A stretch of DNA of 50,301 nt, counting the filler, from an uncultured virus (IMG/VR IMGVR_UViG_2061766007_003888) (taxonomy: Duplodnaviria; Heunggongvirae; Uroviricota; Caudoviricetes). It is 5 parts of one record of this genome, joined end to end, with 100 filler letters (N's around TTAATTAATTAA, not from the genome) between each part and the next. Parts side by side here need not be neighbours in the genome. Positions count along the whole stretch, not along the records: positions 29,566 to 42,213 come from IMGVR_UViG_2061766007_003888; 4 more parts are not named here. One strand, written 5' to 3'. Positions 30,153-40,466 of the stretch are shown piece after piece. The position numbers and the translations under genes are program-made. Numbering within the stretch: the stretch's first letter is position 1; each line of letters starts with the position of its first letter. The notes beneath the pieces are model-generated. The model was not told where the DNA came from. It searched no databases and saw nothing but the letters and a program-made list of their open reading frames with translations.

Positions 30153-30302
30153 ATGGTTCACGTCAAGTTCAAGTATAGGGACGAATTGTCCCGCGGGAAA
30201 TGGAACGTGCAGGAATGCCTCGTCCGTTCCGTCCAGGAATGCAAGGAAATCTACGGGCTCGACCAGTGCGAGCACGAGATACTGGAAGTAAAGGAAGTAT
30301 AA
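30153..30302 (+). CDS. Hypothetical protein, 49 aa (variant at 30026..30141)
   Basis: MVHVKFKYRDELSRGKWN. Confidence 0.7.
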   Translation: MVHVKFKYRDELSRGKWNVQECLVRSVQECKEIYGLDQCEHEILEVKEV

Positions 30303-30309
30303 TAGGGGG

Positions 30310-30337
30310 TTGACAAGCGAAGTAAAATTACTATATT
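30310..30337 (+). promoter_or_regulatory. tRNA promoter
   Basis: TTGACA-16-TATATT. Confidence 0.7.
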
Positions 30338-30346
30338 TGAAACAAC

Positions 30347-30419
30347 GGACGGATAGCTTAATGGTGAAAGCGACTGACTCATAACCAGCTGACTCCGAGT
30401 TCAAGTCTCGGTCCGTCCA
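30347..30419 (+). tRNA. tRNA with CAT anticodon (Met or Ile2), no encoded CCA
   Basis: Acceptor GGACGGA/TCCGTCC, D arm GCTT/AAGC, loop CTCATAA, T arm CCGAG-TTCAAGT-CTCGG. Confidence 0.88.
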
Positions 30420-30421
30420 CG

Positions 30422-30454
30422 AAAACCTTCAGGTAATGCTGAAGGTTTTTCTTT
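30422..30454 (+). terminator. Intrinsic terminator after tRNA 1
   Basis: AAAACCTTCAG-gtaatg-CTGAAGGTTTT. Confidence 0.8.
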
Positions 30455-30523
30455 TATATTAATTCTATATAACTTCCGGATATTTTCNNNNNNNNNNGAA
30501 AAATAAAACCTATCTTGACAAGG

Positions 30524-30552
30524 TTGACAAGAAAAAGAAATAATGCTATATT
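30524..30552 (+). promoter_or_regulatory. tRNA promoter
   Basis: TTGACA-17-TATATT. Confidence 0.8.
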
Positions 30553-30561
30553 GATAGCGTT

Positions 30562-30635
30562 GGATGGATAGCTCAATCGGTTAGAGCTCCGGACTCATAA
30601 CCCGTAGGTTCTCGGTTCAAGTCCGAGTCCATCCA
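30562..30635 (+). tRNA. tRNA with CAT anticodon (Met or Ile2), no encoded CCA
   Basis: Acceptor GGATGGA/TCCATCC, D arm GCTC/GAGC, loop CTCATAA, T arm CTCGG-TTCAAGT-CCGAG. Confidence 0.88.
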
Positions 30636-30637
30636 TG

Positions 30638-30670
30638 AAAGCCTTCAGGTAACACTGAAGGTTTTTTCTT
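30638..30670 (+). terminator. Intrinsic terminator after tRNA 2
   Basis: GCCTTCAG-gtaaca-CTGAAGGT then T-run. Confidence 0.8.
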
Positions 30671-30716
30671 TATATAATCGGTTTACAACTTCTAAGTATT
30701 TAACTATATTTAGAAT

Positions 30717-30961
30717 ATGATAACGTTAAAGCTAAGATATGATAAGACAGTTTCGTTGAATTCTCGAGTTTGTGACATAGAGAATATATCGATGGCGTTC
30801 AGTAGGGTACTGGACGAAGGGTATATCAATGTGACAAAGAAATGTGTCCCGCCGATACAGATATATACGCCGCGAAACGTGGACCAACGTATTACGTTCT
30901 ATGATTCCGGGCGGAAGATGAAGGAATTTGTTTTGCCGGCGAATTCGGGCGTAAAAACGTT
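30717..30961 (+). CDS. Leaderless hypothetical protein MITLK, N-terminal part (C-terminus at 39583..39864)
   Basis: TATATT-6nt-ATG; sequence overlaps the 39583 ORF. Confidence 0.75.
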
Positions 30962-31244
30962 NNNNNNNNNNNNNNNNNNNNNNNNNNNNNNNNNNNNNNN
31001 NNNNNNNNNNNNNNNNNNNNNNNNNNNNNNNNNNNNNNNNNNNNNNNNNNNNNNNNNNNNNNNNNNNNNNNNNNNNNNNNNNNNNNNNAATTTTCCGTAT
31101 AATAATCAAACGATGATTATCCGTAAGCAGCCAAAACTTCACGGTATTGGTATCTGCACGGCCATTCAGGACTATGCCAAGGCTAACAACGTTGAATGTG
31201 TGGTAATCAANNNNNNNNNNAATAATATAAACGGGAGTTCAAAT

Positions 31245-31553
31245 ATGATACTCAAAGGATTCGATGCCGTCAACGCGCCGTTCTACATAGATACGATGGA
31301 AATCGAGCGTGTCATGCTTTATTCCAATCCCAATGGAAATTTCGTCATCATGCACCAGTCGGATGGCAGCCTGAGCATGTCGAAACATAGTTCCTTGAGG
31401 ATTAACGGGACCGATATCGTATTCGACGGTACTGTGGCTTCCGCGACGAAGATAATCGATATCGTCGGCGAGATAATGATGCTGGAACACGACATGCCGG
31501 ACATCGACGTCGAGAAATTCTCGAAAATCGGGAAGGAAACGCCGAAAAAATAA
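31245..31553 (+). CDS. Hypothetical protein
   Basis: GGGAG RBS; MILKGFDAV. Confidence 0.7.
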   Translation: MILKGFDAVNAPFYIDTMEIERVMLYSNPNGNFVIMHQSDGSLSMSKHSSLRINGTDIVFDGTVASATKIIDIVGEIMMLEHDMPDIDVEKFSKIGKETPKK

Positions 31554-31568
31554 CCATCGAAATAACGG

Positions 31569-31597
31569 TTTACGAAATATCCGTATTTTTCTATATT
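31569..31597 (+). promoter_or_regulatory. Early-type promoter, model copy of the cassette motif
   Basis: TTTACG-17-TATATT then AAGAGGT RBS. Confidence 0.8.
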
Positions 31598-31621
31598 ATG
31601 GATATAACAAAGAGGTAATAA

Positions 31622-32599
31622 ATGAGTGAAAACAAGAACGAAGCAGTCAACGAAAACTACAAGAACGCTCGAAAGCATTGGCCGCAAGAAATCAAAGACC
31701 GTGTTTACGGAAAGATTCTCGAACTTAAAAAGGATCCGCAGGGCAGAACAATTTATGTTAAGACCAATGATGATAGCCGTTGTGGTGATCATGAATTCCA
31801 TATCGGTTACAACTCTGACGGTACTGTGTCCACTGTGATGAATACATATGACCGTGCGGACAAGAAGTCGATGACTTGCGTCAACAACTATGGTGTTAAC
31901 CGTCGAACGACTTTCCGAGAATGTGAAGGAAGTTTCTACTTTGCTGGTGTTAAGCGAAACTCGTGTAAAAAAGCCACAGACACGGATGCTGAACTTCAGT
32001 TTGAAATTGATTCTGAATCCTCAGGTGAAGACCTTACTCCGCAGATTCGAATCCGTGATGTCAAGAACCGCATCGTATTTAGCCAGTCGAAAAGCGGTGC
32101 CATTACGCAGTATACTTATTTGCGTGACTGTGCGGAAGTACTCAGCGATATTTCCTGCATGGACTATAAACAGGTCAAATGTGGTTGTTGCACCAGTATC
32201 GAATCCAGTCAATACCACATTCACTACGAATATAAGGCGAATGACAAGGTTATCAAGTATGCCTGTGAAACGGAAAACGGTGTTTTGGCAGCTGAATACT
32301 TCTTCGACAACGACGACGTCGGTTCGTTCGTTCACGTCATCGACTACAAGAATCAGACCGAATACTGGGCCGAACGTGACTGGAAGAAGGAAATGCCCAA
32401 ATACGGGTGCTACCGCCCCACGAACTACATCAAGCAGGGCGGGGTAAGATTCAACCGCGAAGAAGAATACGAAGCCTACCGCATGGCGCAAGTCACTAAA
32501 GTAAAGGTGCAGAAAGCTGCCAAGAAGATGGCATTTGAAATGATGAGCTGTCATCACATGCCGTTCATGTGGGGCGGGCCGTTCATGTGCGGTGGCTAA
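31622..32599 (+). CDS. Hypothetical protein, 325 aa, Cys/Tyr-rich
   Basis: Longest complete ORF; own promoter and terminator. Confidence 0.85.
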   Translation: MSENKNEAVNENYKNARKHWPQEIKDRVYGKILELKKDPQGRTIYVKTNDDSRCGDHEFHIGYNSDGTVSTVMNTYDRADKKSMTCVNNYGVNRRTTFRECEGSFYFAGVKRNSCKKATDTDAELQFEIDSESSGEDLTPQIRIRDVKNRIVFSQSKSGAITQYTYLRDCAEVLSDISCMDYKQVKCGCCTSIESSQYHIHYEYKANDKVIKYACETENGVLAAEYFFDNDDVGSFVHVIDYKNQTEYWAERDWKKEMPKYGCYRPTNYIKQGGVRFNREEEYEAYRMAQVTKVKVQKAAKKMAFEMMSCHHMPFMWGGPFMCGG

Positions 32600-32828
32600 T
32601 CCGAAGAAAAATATTTAAGACTAGGAGCTTACAACTTCTGGTCTTTTTCTATATTTAGAATATGATAACGTTAAAGGTAAGATACAACAAGACCACTTCT
32701 CTGATTTCCAATGTTTGCGACATAGAGCATATATCGATGGCGTTCAGCAGGGTACTGNNNNNNNNNNAGTTTACAACTTCTAAGTATTTAACTATATTTA
32801 GAATATGATAACGTTAAANNNNNNNNNN

Positions 32829-33072
32829 CGTCGCCCTCGATAAACGGCTTCATCACTTCGCTGTACGCGTCGTACTTCTTCTTGGCTTCGTCGATTTCGT
32901 TACGGATGAAATTATAACGCATGATCAACCTGCCGTAATGGTCGTACGCCTCGGAAATTTTCTTCAGGTTTTCATTCAATCTTTGTGCGTCGAGGAGATC
33001 CAGCTTCCCGATATCCTTGAACGCCTTGTCGCGGATAGACTGGATATCGTTGGGATTGGTGTAATCGTACAT
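32829..33072 (-). CDS. Coiled-coil hypothetical protein, partial
   Basis: Promoter cassette overlapping the end of the upstream gene. Confidence 0.7.
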
Positions 33073-33831
33073 GTGTTACCTCTTTGATTTTTATTAAATA
33101 TAGTAAAGATTGCGAATCTTGGAATAATTTTCTATGTACAAATCTTCCCGGCAAATCCTGTAGTTCGCTTCGTACATGTCTACCCAATTCTTTTCCCCAT
33201 TCGCGACATGCCTTATGGAGTCTNNNNNNNNNNTAAGAAGAAGTATGACGCGTACAGCGAAGTGATGAAGCCGTTTATCGAGGGTGACATAGAAGACCGC
33301 ATTTCCGCACTTGCGTCCCGTACCTGCGTCTCGATTTTCNNNNNNNNNNCGGAGGTTACGGTATGCGAAGTATAGCATGCATCCCTGCCGTTCCTCGTCA
33401 GTAAGTTCGATATGGATTGTCTGCCTGCTATCGAGCCTTACTTCTATCAACTTGCCGTAATGGCAGATTACGGCGATTTCCTTTACGATATCGAGCGGGA
33501 GGACATCGCTTNNNNNNNNNNNNNNNNNNNNNNNNNNNNNNNNNNNNNNNNNNNNNNNNNNNTACGCATTACCATGTCGTCGCCGACAACGCGGCTGTCA
33601 TCAACGCGGTCCTCAGGAAGACAATCGAGGAAAAGAAGATAAAAGAACTCGAGAAGACGGCGAAGGCGTGGACGGCGGAACCCGACGGCAAGAAGATCCG
33701 TTTCGCGGTCGACGTCAGCTGGCCAATGAGCCCGCGCGAGATCCAGCAGGCGATCGATGTTCTCAAGAATATTAAGCCGGTAGGCGAAGACGGTCTCGGC
33801 CTGAAGTCCGCGACCGAGGCGNNNNNNNNNN

Positions 33832-34290
33832 GGACGTAACGAATCAATCAACGAAGCCGCGTCCAAGATGCAGGGCTACAACAAGAGTATCGAGGCGAAA
33901 TTCGGGGTACTCCACGAAATCCAGAACCAACTGTACACGCATTACCATGTCGTCGCCGACAACGCAGCTGTCATCAACGCTGCCCTCAGGAAGACAATCG
34001 AGGAAAAGAAGATAAAAGAACTCGAGAAGAAGTCGGCACAGGCGGCGGAACCCGACGGCAAGAAGATCCGTTTCGCGATCGACGTCAGCTGGCCGATGAG
34101 CCCGTGCGAGATTCAGCAGGCGATCGACGTTCTCAAGAATTTTAAGCCGGTAGGCGAAGACGGTCTCGGCCTGAAGTCCGCGACCGAGGCGCTCGAGTCT
34201 TTCAAGAAGGGTCTCGAGAGCACTATCGCGGAACATACGCCTGTCATCCAGAAGGGGACGTTCTTCAAGCTCGGCGACATCGAGATGTAA
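33832..34290 (+). CDS. Hypothetical protein, partial C-terminus (variant at 33563..33821)
   Basis: Open frame with phage-like codon use. Confidence 0.7.
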   Translation, partial: GRNESINEAASKMQGYNKSIEAKFGVLHEIQNQLYTHYHVVADNAAVINAALRKTIEEKKIKELEKKSAQAAEPDGKKIRFAIDVSWPMSPCEIQQAIDVLKNFKPVGEDGLGLKSATEALESFKKGLESTIAEHTPVIQKGTFFKLGDIEM

Positions 34291-34382
34291 ATTTGGGCCG
34301 TACCGAAAATAAAACCGTTAAGTCCGGGAGATTCTTTCTTCCGGATTTTTCTATATTATAATCGTAAACAAGAGAGGACGAT

Positions 34383-34559
34383 ATGTACAGGAGCATGACA
34401 GAACAGGAACTTACCGAAAAGTGTTTCTTCTGCGAGAAGCCTTTCGCCGTGGGGAGCATACGCCGCATGGAACGTGTATTCTTTAAAGGTAAATACGTAT
34501 GTACCGTGTTTTCCCACCCGGAATGCGAGGGCATGCCCGAGAAAAACGAAAACGAATAA
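34383..34559 (+). CDS. Small zinc-binding protein
   Basis: CFFC...HPEC; promoter cassette. Confidence 0.65.
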   Translation: MYRSMTEQELTEKCFFCEKPFAVGSIRRMERVFFKGKYVCTVFSHPECEGMPEKNENE

Positions 34560-34616
34560 TTCGTTAAGCCCGTTACCGGATTTTCTATATTAAGAATATC
34601 AACAAGAGAGGTTAAT

Positions 34617-34889
34617 ATGGCACGTAAAGACTTGAATGACCAATATATCGTTGTCGGCAAGATGCATCCGTTTCTCGGCGTCGACGGTGGCAAAGTTCTT
34701 ACTAAGGAAGAATGGCTGAAACGTTACTATGTGCCGGCTGGTTTCCATTGGTGTTTAGACGGATTAAGCCCTATGAAAGCATTCGAAAAACATGTGGAAG
34801 AAGGATATTTCACAAAGGTAACTCTGAAGAAAACTAAATATACGATTTATCTTACAAAACAAGAAAACTCTTCTATATTTAAAAAGTAA
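34617..34889 (+). CDS. Hypothetical protein
   Basis: Promoter cassette. Confidence 0.75.
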   Translation: MARKDLNDQYIVVGKMHPFLGVDGGKVLTKEEWLKRYYVPAGFHWCLDGLSPMKAFEKHVEEGYFTKVTLKKTKYTIYLTKQENSSIFKK

Positions 34890-35076
34890 ATAAGAGGAAC
34901 AACAATGGATTGGTTAAACGCTAAACAGACAAGGATAGCAGTGACGGCAAATACTGTCGCCGAGTTGATAGATATCCTGAAGACATGCCCGCAAGACTGG
35001 CCGGTACGTAATGCCGACAGCGGTCAGTTCTGCGNNNNNNNNNNGAAATGCCGGTAGAAACACAACGGAGATTAAC

Positions 35077-35240
35077 ATGTTATATACGATTAAAGAATAT
35101 TACGACGCCATGTTGAAGATGGACCGCGGGGTGAAGATTGTCAAGACGGTCAAGCGAGTCGATAAGGAAGGCGAGGAGATCGTCTACAACTGCGGAATCT
35201 ACCTGGATACCGAGCTGAACCTCGAGCAGGCGAACAAGAT
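35077..35240 (+). CDS. Hypothetical protein MLYTIKEY, N-terminal part (C-terminus at 36212..36436)
   Basis: GGAG RBS; overlapping fragments. Confidence 0.7.
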
Positions 35241-35989
35241 NNNNNNNNNNNNNNNNNNNNNNNNNNNNNNNNNNNNNNNNNNNNNNNNNNNNNNNNNNNN
35301 NNNNNNNNNNNNNNNNNNNNNNNNNNNNNNNNNNNNNNNNNNNNNNNNNNNNNNNNNNNNNNNNNNNNNNNNNNNNNNNNNNNNNNNNNNNNNNNNNNNN
35401 NNNNNNNNNNNNNNNNNNNNNNNNNNNNNNNNNNNNNNNNNNNNNNNNNNNNNNNNNNNNNNNNNNNNNNNNNNNNNNNNNNNNNNNNNNNNNNNNNNNN
35501 NNNNNNNNNNNNNNNNNNNNNNNNNNNNNNNNNNNNNNNNNNNNNNNNNNNNNNNNNNNNNNNNNNNNNNNNNNNNNNNNNNNNNNNNNNNNNNNNNNNN
35601 NNNNNNNNNNNNNNNNNNNNNNNNNNNNNNNNNNNNNNNNNNNNNNNNNNNNNNNNNNNNNNNNNNNNNNNNNNNNNNNNNNNNNNNNNNNNNNNNNNNN
35701 NNNNNNNNNNNNNNNNNNNNNNNNNNNNNNNNNNNNNNNNNNNNNNNNNNNNNNNNNNNNNNNNNNNNNNNNNNNNNNNNNNNNNNNNNNNNNNNNNNNN
35801 NNNNNNNNNNNNNNNNNNNNNNNNNNNNNNNNNNNNNNNNNNNNNNNNNNNNNNNNNNNNNNNNNNNNNNNNNNNNNNNNNNNNNNNNNNNNNNNNNNNN
35901 CAACCGACAATGATGATTACTGTAGCCGGGCGGATAAAACCCGGTTATTTTTGTTTATGGAATAATCGGAATTTTCTATATTTAATTGC

Positions 35990-36201
35990 ATGAAGTGCGT
36001 AAGAATCGAATTCAAACACAAGGACTGGCTCCCCGACTACATTGTCGTGGACCTGAACGAAAACCGGGTCAATCGTGAAATCGAGGGGACGTGGCACGAG
36101 GAGCCGTTCCTGGTAAGCAACGGCGGCGGCTCGATGCTGGACCTTAAAGGTACGGACGCGTTGAGTTACGGTTTCGCGAAGGGGAGGAAAGACGCGGAAA
36201 A
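35990..36201 (+). CDS. Leaderless hypothetical protein, partial
   Basis: TATATT-7nt-ATG; variants at 36939 and 37823. Confidence 0.7.
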
Positions 36202-36504
36202 NNNNNNNNNNCTGAAGATGGACCGCGGGGTGAAGATTGTCAAGACGGTCAAGCGTGTCGACAAGGAAGGCGAGGAAATCGTCTACAATTGCGGAATCTA
36301 CCTGGATACCGAGCTGAACCTCGAGCAGGCGAACAAGATGATCGAGGAATGGAACCGTAACCCCGAGCCGAACTGTACCTATTCCGTAGAGCCTGTCCGG
36401 ATCAAGCGGGGCGTCCAACTAAAAATCGACGATTAAATTCGTCTACGGTTTCGTCGGGATTAACTATATTTAAATCAACAACAATTAACAAGAGAGGTAA
36501 AACA

Positions 36505-36849
36505 ATGGTCAAGTTCATTATCGCGGTCGCCCTGGTCCTCGTCGTCGCGCTCGGCGGATACGCCGTCTATCGCGGTCTCACGGGAGACAACGACAACGCG
36601 GAAAAGGTCGCGAACAAGGCGAGCGAACTTGTCGGCAGCGTAGCGGATACTTTCGCAGACGGCGCCAAGGATATGGCCAAGTCCGTCAAGTCCGCCGGTA
36701 CCGAAGCGAAGGATACGGCAGTCAAGGCCGTCGATTCCGCCAAGTCCACCGTCAAGGCACGGGTAAACGACGTCAAGGCCGAAGCGAAGGAAAAGGCCGC
36801 CGAAACCAAGAAGAAGGCAAAGGAGAAGGTAGACACGATGAAGAAGTAG
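36505..36849 (+). CDS. Membrane-anchored Ala/Lys-rich helical (YtxH/LEA-like) protein
   Basis: N-terminal TM segment; AKD/AKS/AKE periodicity. Confidence 0.8.
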   Translation: MVKFIIAVALVLVVALGGYAVYRGLTGDNDNAEKVANKASELVGSVADTFADGAKDMAKSVKSAGTEAKDTAVKAVDSAKSTVKARVNDVKAEAKEKAAETKKKAKEKVDTMKK

Positions 36850-37170
36850 TAACCGACAACGATGATTACTGTAGCCGGGCGGATAAAGCCCGGTTATTTT
36901 TATTTACGGAATAATCGGAATTTTCTATATTTAATTGCATGAAGTGCGTAAGAATCGNNNNNNNNNNCAAGGTGTACTACAGGACGGGCGACCTCCTGAC
37001 GTACGAGCAGCGCATGGAATTCCTCCGACTGTTCGAAACGGAAAAGTGCGCGGAAGAGATCGAGGAAGCGGTCGACAGCCTCTAGCGCGTATCCGGTAAA
37101 AACTAACGTTCGTTAATTGACCCTTTAATTCCGTATTTTTCTATATTAATAATATACAAGCAAGGTTAAT

Positions 37171-37521
37171 ATGGTTTCTTTCATCAATTCGAAAACAGGC
37201 GAGGAAGTGTTCGGGCAAGTCAAGGGCTGGCACATCGCAGGCACGAATGCCGACAACGATGTCGCCGTCGACATCACGATGGATTGCGGGGTAATCAACT
37301 TTACGATGGACTCTAAATGGGATACTGTTTTAATCTACGCTCCGGACGGACGTACGCTTAAGTACGAGTACGACCGCGAGAAGAAGAATTTCCAGGGAAT
37401 AACCCTCGAGGCGATTAAGTTTACCTACGACAACAAGCGGGTTCCGTCGGATTACGAGGTCACTTACGAAGTATCGAGGAATGACCTCCTCGAAATCATC
37501 CGTTTCTTCATGGTACGCTAG
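37171..37521 (+). CDS. Hypothetical protein
   Basis: TTGACC..TATATT promoter cassette. Confidence 0.8.
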   Translation: MVSFINSKTGEEVFGQVKGWHIAGTNADNDVAVDITMDCGVINFTMDSKWDTVLIYAPDGRTLKYEYDREKKNFQGITLEAIKFTYDNKRVPSDYEVTYEVSRNDLLEIIRFFMVR

Positions 37522-37522
37522 T

Positions 37523-37812
37523 ATGGCGTTCGTCATCAAAATATATGTCCAGTGGATAGACTGGAGAACGGGCAGGTACGGAAAGCCCGTCTGTCACCTC
37601 GCCTGGCCCATCGTCGACTCCATCAAGGTCGAGGAAGTATGGTCGGGCAGCGACAGGGATTTCCACTTGAACCTCGAAATGGACTGGGCGGACAAGGAAA
37701 AATACCTGGGTTTCCCTTCGTATTACCGACATCAAAACCAGGGAATTTACGACGGGGCCAACTGCAGGCAGATTATCTCGTTGCACGACGACAGGAACAA
37801 GGTCATGAAACA
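37523..37812 (+). CDS. Hypothetical protein, N-terminal part
   Basis: ATG 1 nt after the upstream stop. Confidence 0.7.
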
Positions 37813-38262
37813 NNNNNNNNNNCGTCGTGGACCTGTACGAGAACAGGGTCGAGCGTGAAATCGAGGGGACGTGGCACGACGAACCGTTCCTGGTAAGCAA
37901 CGACGGCGGCTCGACGCTGGACCTCACGGACGCGTTGAGTTACGGTTTCGCGAAGGGGAGGAAAGACGCGGAAAANNNNNNNNNNNNNNNNNNNNNNNNN
38001 NNNNNNNNNNNNNNNNNNNNNNNNNNNNNNNNNNNNNNNNNNNNNNNNNNNNNNNNNNNNNNNNNNNNNNNNNNNNNNNNNNNNNNNNNNNNNNNNNNNN
38101 NNNNNNNNNNNNNNNNNNNNNNNNNNNNNNNNNNNNNNNNNNNNNNNNNNNNNNNNNNNNNNNNNNNNNNNNNNNNNNNNNNNNNNNNNNNNNNNNNNNN
38201 NNNNNNNNNNNNNNNNNNNNNNNNNNNNNNNNNNNNNNNNNNNNNNNNNNNNNNNNNNNNNT

Positions 38263-38398
38263 CCCTGAGGTCAGCGTTCGTAAGAACTGCACCGTTGTGA
38301 TTCAGATTCAATTCCACGCCGAGCAACATGTCAATCAGCTTGAACAGGCGTTCATGGACTGCCTTCTTGATCCGGTTGCATTCTTTCGCCGTGTACAT
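38263..38398 (-). CDS. Hypothetical protein MYTAKEC, partial (allele at 38755..38891)
   Basis: AAGAGGT RBS. Confidence 0.65.
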
Positions 38399-38469
38399 TC
38401 GTTACCTCTTGTTTGTGTTCTAAATATAGTTAAATATTCAAATATTGTAAATAAAACCTGTTTAATATT

Positions 38470-38744
38470 TTATTTCAGGTTGTCTATCGCGGTGACGGTC
38501 TTCGCGTACTCGTTGAACGTTTTAACCTGTTCGCCTATGGTGATTAATGCTTTTATGCCGGAATTCGCCGGTAAGACAAATTCCTTCATCTTCCGCCCGG
38601 AATCATAGAACGTAATCCGTTGGTCCACGTTTCGCGGCGTACATATCTGTATTGTCGGGACACATTTCTTTTTCAAGTTGATATGTCCTTCGTTCAGTAC
38701 CCTGCTGAACGCCATCGATATATGCTCTATGTCGCAAACATTGG
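38470..38744 (-). CDS. Allele of the MITLK protein C-terminus, ends IDNLK
   Basis: Near-identical to 39583..39864. Confidence 0.75.
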
Positions 38745-38910
38745 NNNNNNNNNNGCCCTGAGGTCAGCGTTCGTAAGAACTGCACCGTTGTGATTCAATT
38801 TAATTGACATGTCGAGCAACATGTCAATCAGCTTGAACAGGCGTTCATGGACAGCCTTCTTGATCCGGTTACATGCTTTCGCCGTGTACATTCGTTACCT
38901 CTTGCTTGTG

Positions 38911-38929
38911 TTCTAAATATAGTTAAATA
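38911..38929. repeat. 19-bp direct repeat flanking the LbetaH gene (other copy 39531..39549; single copy 38418..38436)
   Basis: TTCTAAATATAGTTAAATA, containing the -10 box. Confidence 0.8.
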
Positions 38930-38965
38930 CATAGAACTTGTATACCTTTATCGAATAGATTTTTG

Positions 38966-39529
38966 TTACAGTTGATCAATAGCCTTTAACGTTTCTTCAT
39001 GTTCCTTGATAAGGATAACCTTCGTATTGCCCTTAATAGTCCTTCCATAAATATTCATGTCTTCGAGGTATACATAGGCATGGTCACAGATAACGGAATG
39101 GACAATAGGACCCGATATATGGTCATCATTTCCACTATCGATATTACATCCAATACCATGGCCTTCGACATGTGCATCGCCAAAGATTTCCGACCTGGCT
39201 ACATCTACACCGCTGACGTATGCATTGCCATAAATCTTCGCCGCAGTAAAAATATCCGACTCGTTATCGATGACCGCGTTTCCATAAACCCTGGCCGAGA
39301 TACGAACCCGGCTTTCACCTTTTATCTTTGCATTACCGGTTACTCTGGCATTGTTTTCGATAGTTGAACCGGGATAGACCCAGCAGGTTCCTCGGTGAGA
39401 CAGATTCTTTTCGTTATAGATATATCCGCCAAGGTCGCCCGCCTTTACATCGTCAAAGTCCTTGAGCGCACGAATCTCGTGCAAGCCATCAGTTGTAAGT
39501 GTCTTTCCAGTAAATTCGTATTTTTTCAT
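38966..39529 (-). CDS. Left-handed beta-helix (hexapeptide repeat) phage protein, leaderless, ends IDQL
   Basis: IRALKDF.DVKAGDLGG.I..E.NLS...CWVY then NARVTG/ARVYGNA repeats. Confidence 0.85.
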   Translation of the reverse strand: MKKYEFTGKTLTTDGLHEIRALKDFDDVKAGDLGGYIYNEKNLSHRGTCWVYPGSTIENNARVTGNAKIKGESRVRISARVYGNAVIDNESDIFTAAKIYGNAYVSGVDVARSEIFGDAHVEGHGIGCNIDSGNDDHISGPIVHSVICDHAYVYLEDMNIYGRTIKGNTKVILIKEHEETLKAIDQL

Positions 39530-39582
39530 ATTCTAAATATAGTTAAATATTCAAATATTGTAAATAAAACCTGTTTAATATT

Positions 39583-39864
39583 TTATTTCAGATTGTCTAT
39601 CGCAGTGATTGTCTTCGCGTACTCGTTGAACATTTTAACCTGTTCGCACACGTTGATTAACGTTTTTACGCCCGAATTCGCCGGCAAAACAAATTCCTTC
39701 ATCTTCCGTCCGGAATCGTAAAATGTAATCCGTTGGTCCACGTTTCGCGGCGTATATATCTGTATCGGTGGGACACATTTCTTTGTCACATTGATATACC
39801 CTTCGTCCAGTACTCTACTGAACGCCATCGATATATTCTCTATGTCACAAACTCGAGAATTCAA
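39583..39864 (-). CDS. MITLK protein C-terminal part, ends IDNLK
   Basis: Overlaps 30717..30961. Confidence 0.75.
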   Translation of the reverse strand: MNSRVCDIENISMAFSRVLDEGYINVTKKCVPPIQIYTPRNVDQRITFYDSGRKMKEFVLPANSGVKTLINVCEQVKMFNEYAKTITAIDNLK

Positions 39865-40092
39865 NNNNNNNNNNAGTGAATTTTTTTTCTGTCATAATTA
39901 TAATATAGAAAATACCGTTCATTACGTAAACGAAAAAGACCGGGATTTTATTCCCGACCTTTCACATCGACGAACCGACCTTATCGAGTTCTTCCACGAA
40001 TTTCTTCACGAGGATGTAGAGGGTGGCCTTCCCGAGGCTCACCTCTTTCTTTCTCTCCATCCTTCCGAGCCAGTCCCTGAGGAACTTTCTCG

Positions 40093-40338
40093 CTATTTCC
40101 AGTTCTTTGTCCACGATACTACGTTGTCCTCGGACTCGGAGGCGAATTCCATCACGTACTGCAGGGCCTCCTTGTCGTCCGACGCGAAACGGATTTCGTT
40201 GTCGACCTTTTCGTACTTGACCTTGTCGATATCGGAATCGTGCTCCCTGTGGAGGTTGCGTCCCCTGAAGTCGTCGAGGCCCTCGAGTTCGTCGTAGGCC
40301 GCGTCCTCGGTGGTATATACGATAGTTCCCTTGTACAT
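40093..40338 (-). CDS. Hypothetical acidic protein
   Basis: Operonic ORF. Confidence 0.7.
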   Translation of the reverse strand: MYKGTIVYTTEDAAYDELEGLDDFRGRNLHREHDSDIDKVKYEKVDNEIRFASDDKEALQYVMEFASESEDNVVSWTKNWK

Positions 40339-40340
40339 CA

Positions 40341-40466
40341 CTACTTCCCCTTCCTGACGACCAGTTCGTTGTTCTCGACCACGAGCATCGGGGCCGAGTA
40401 TTTCTTCGTATCCGCCTGCTTGACGGGCGGTTCGGGGTAGCGGTATCTGTACGGTATTTCGAACAT
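40341..40466 (-). CDS. Hypothetical protein, 41 aa
   Basis: Promoter cassette; MFEIPYRYRYPEP. Confidence 0.6.
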   Translation of the reverse strand: MFEIPYRYRYPEPPVKQADTKKYSAPMLVVENNELVVRKGK

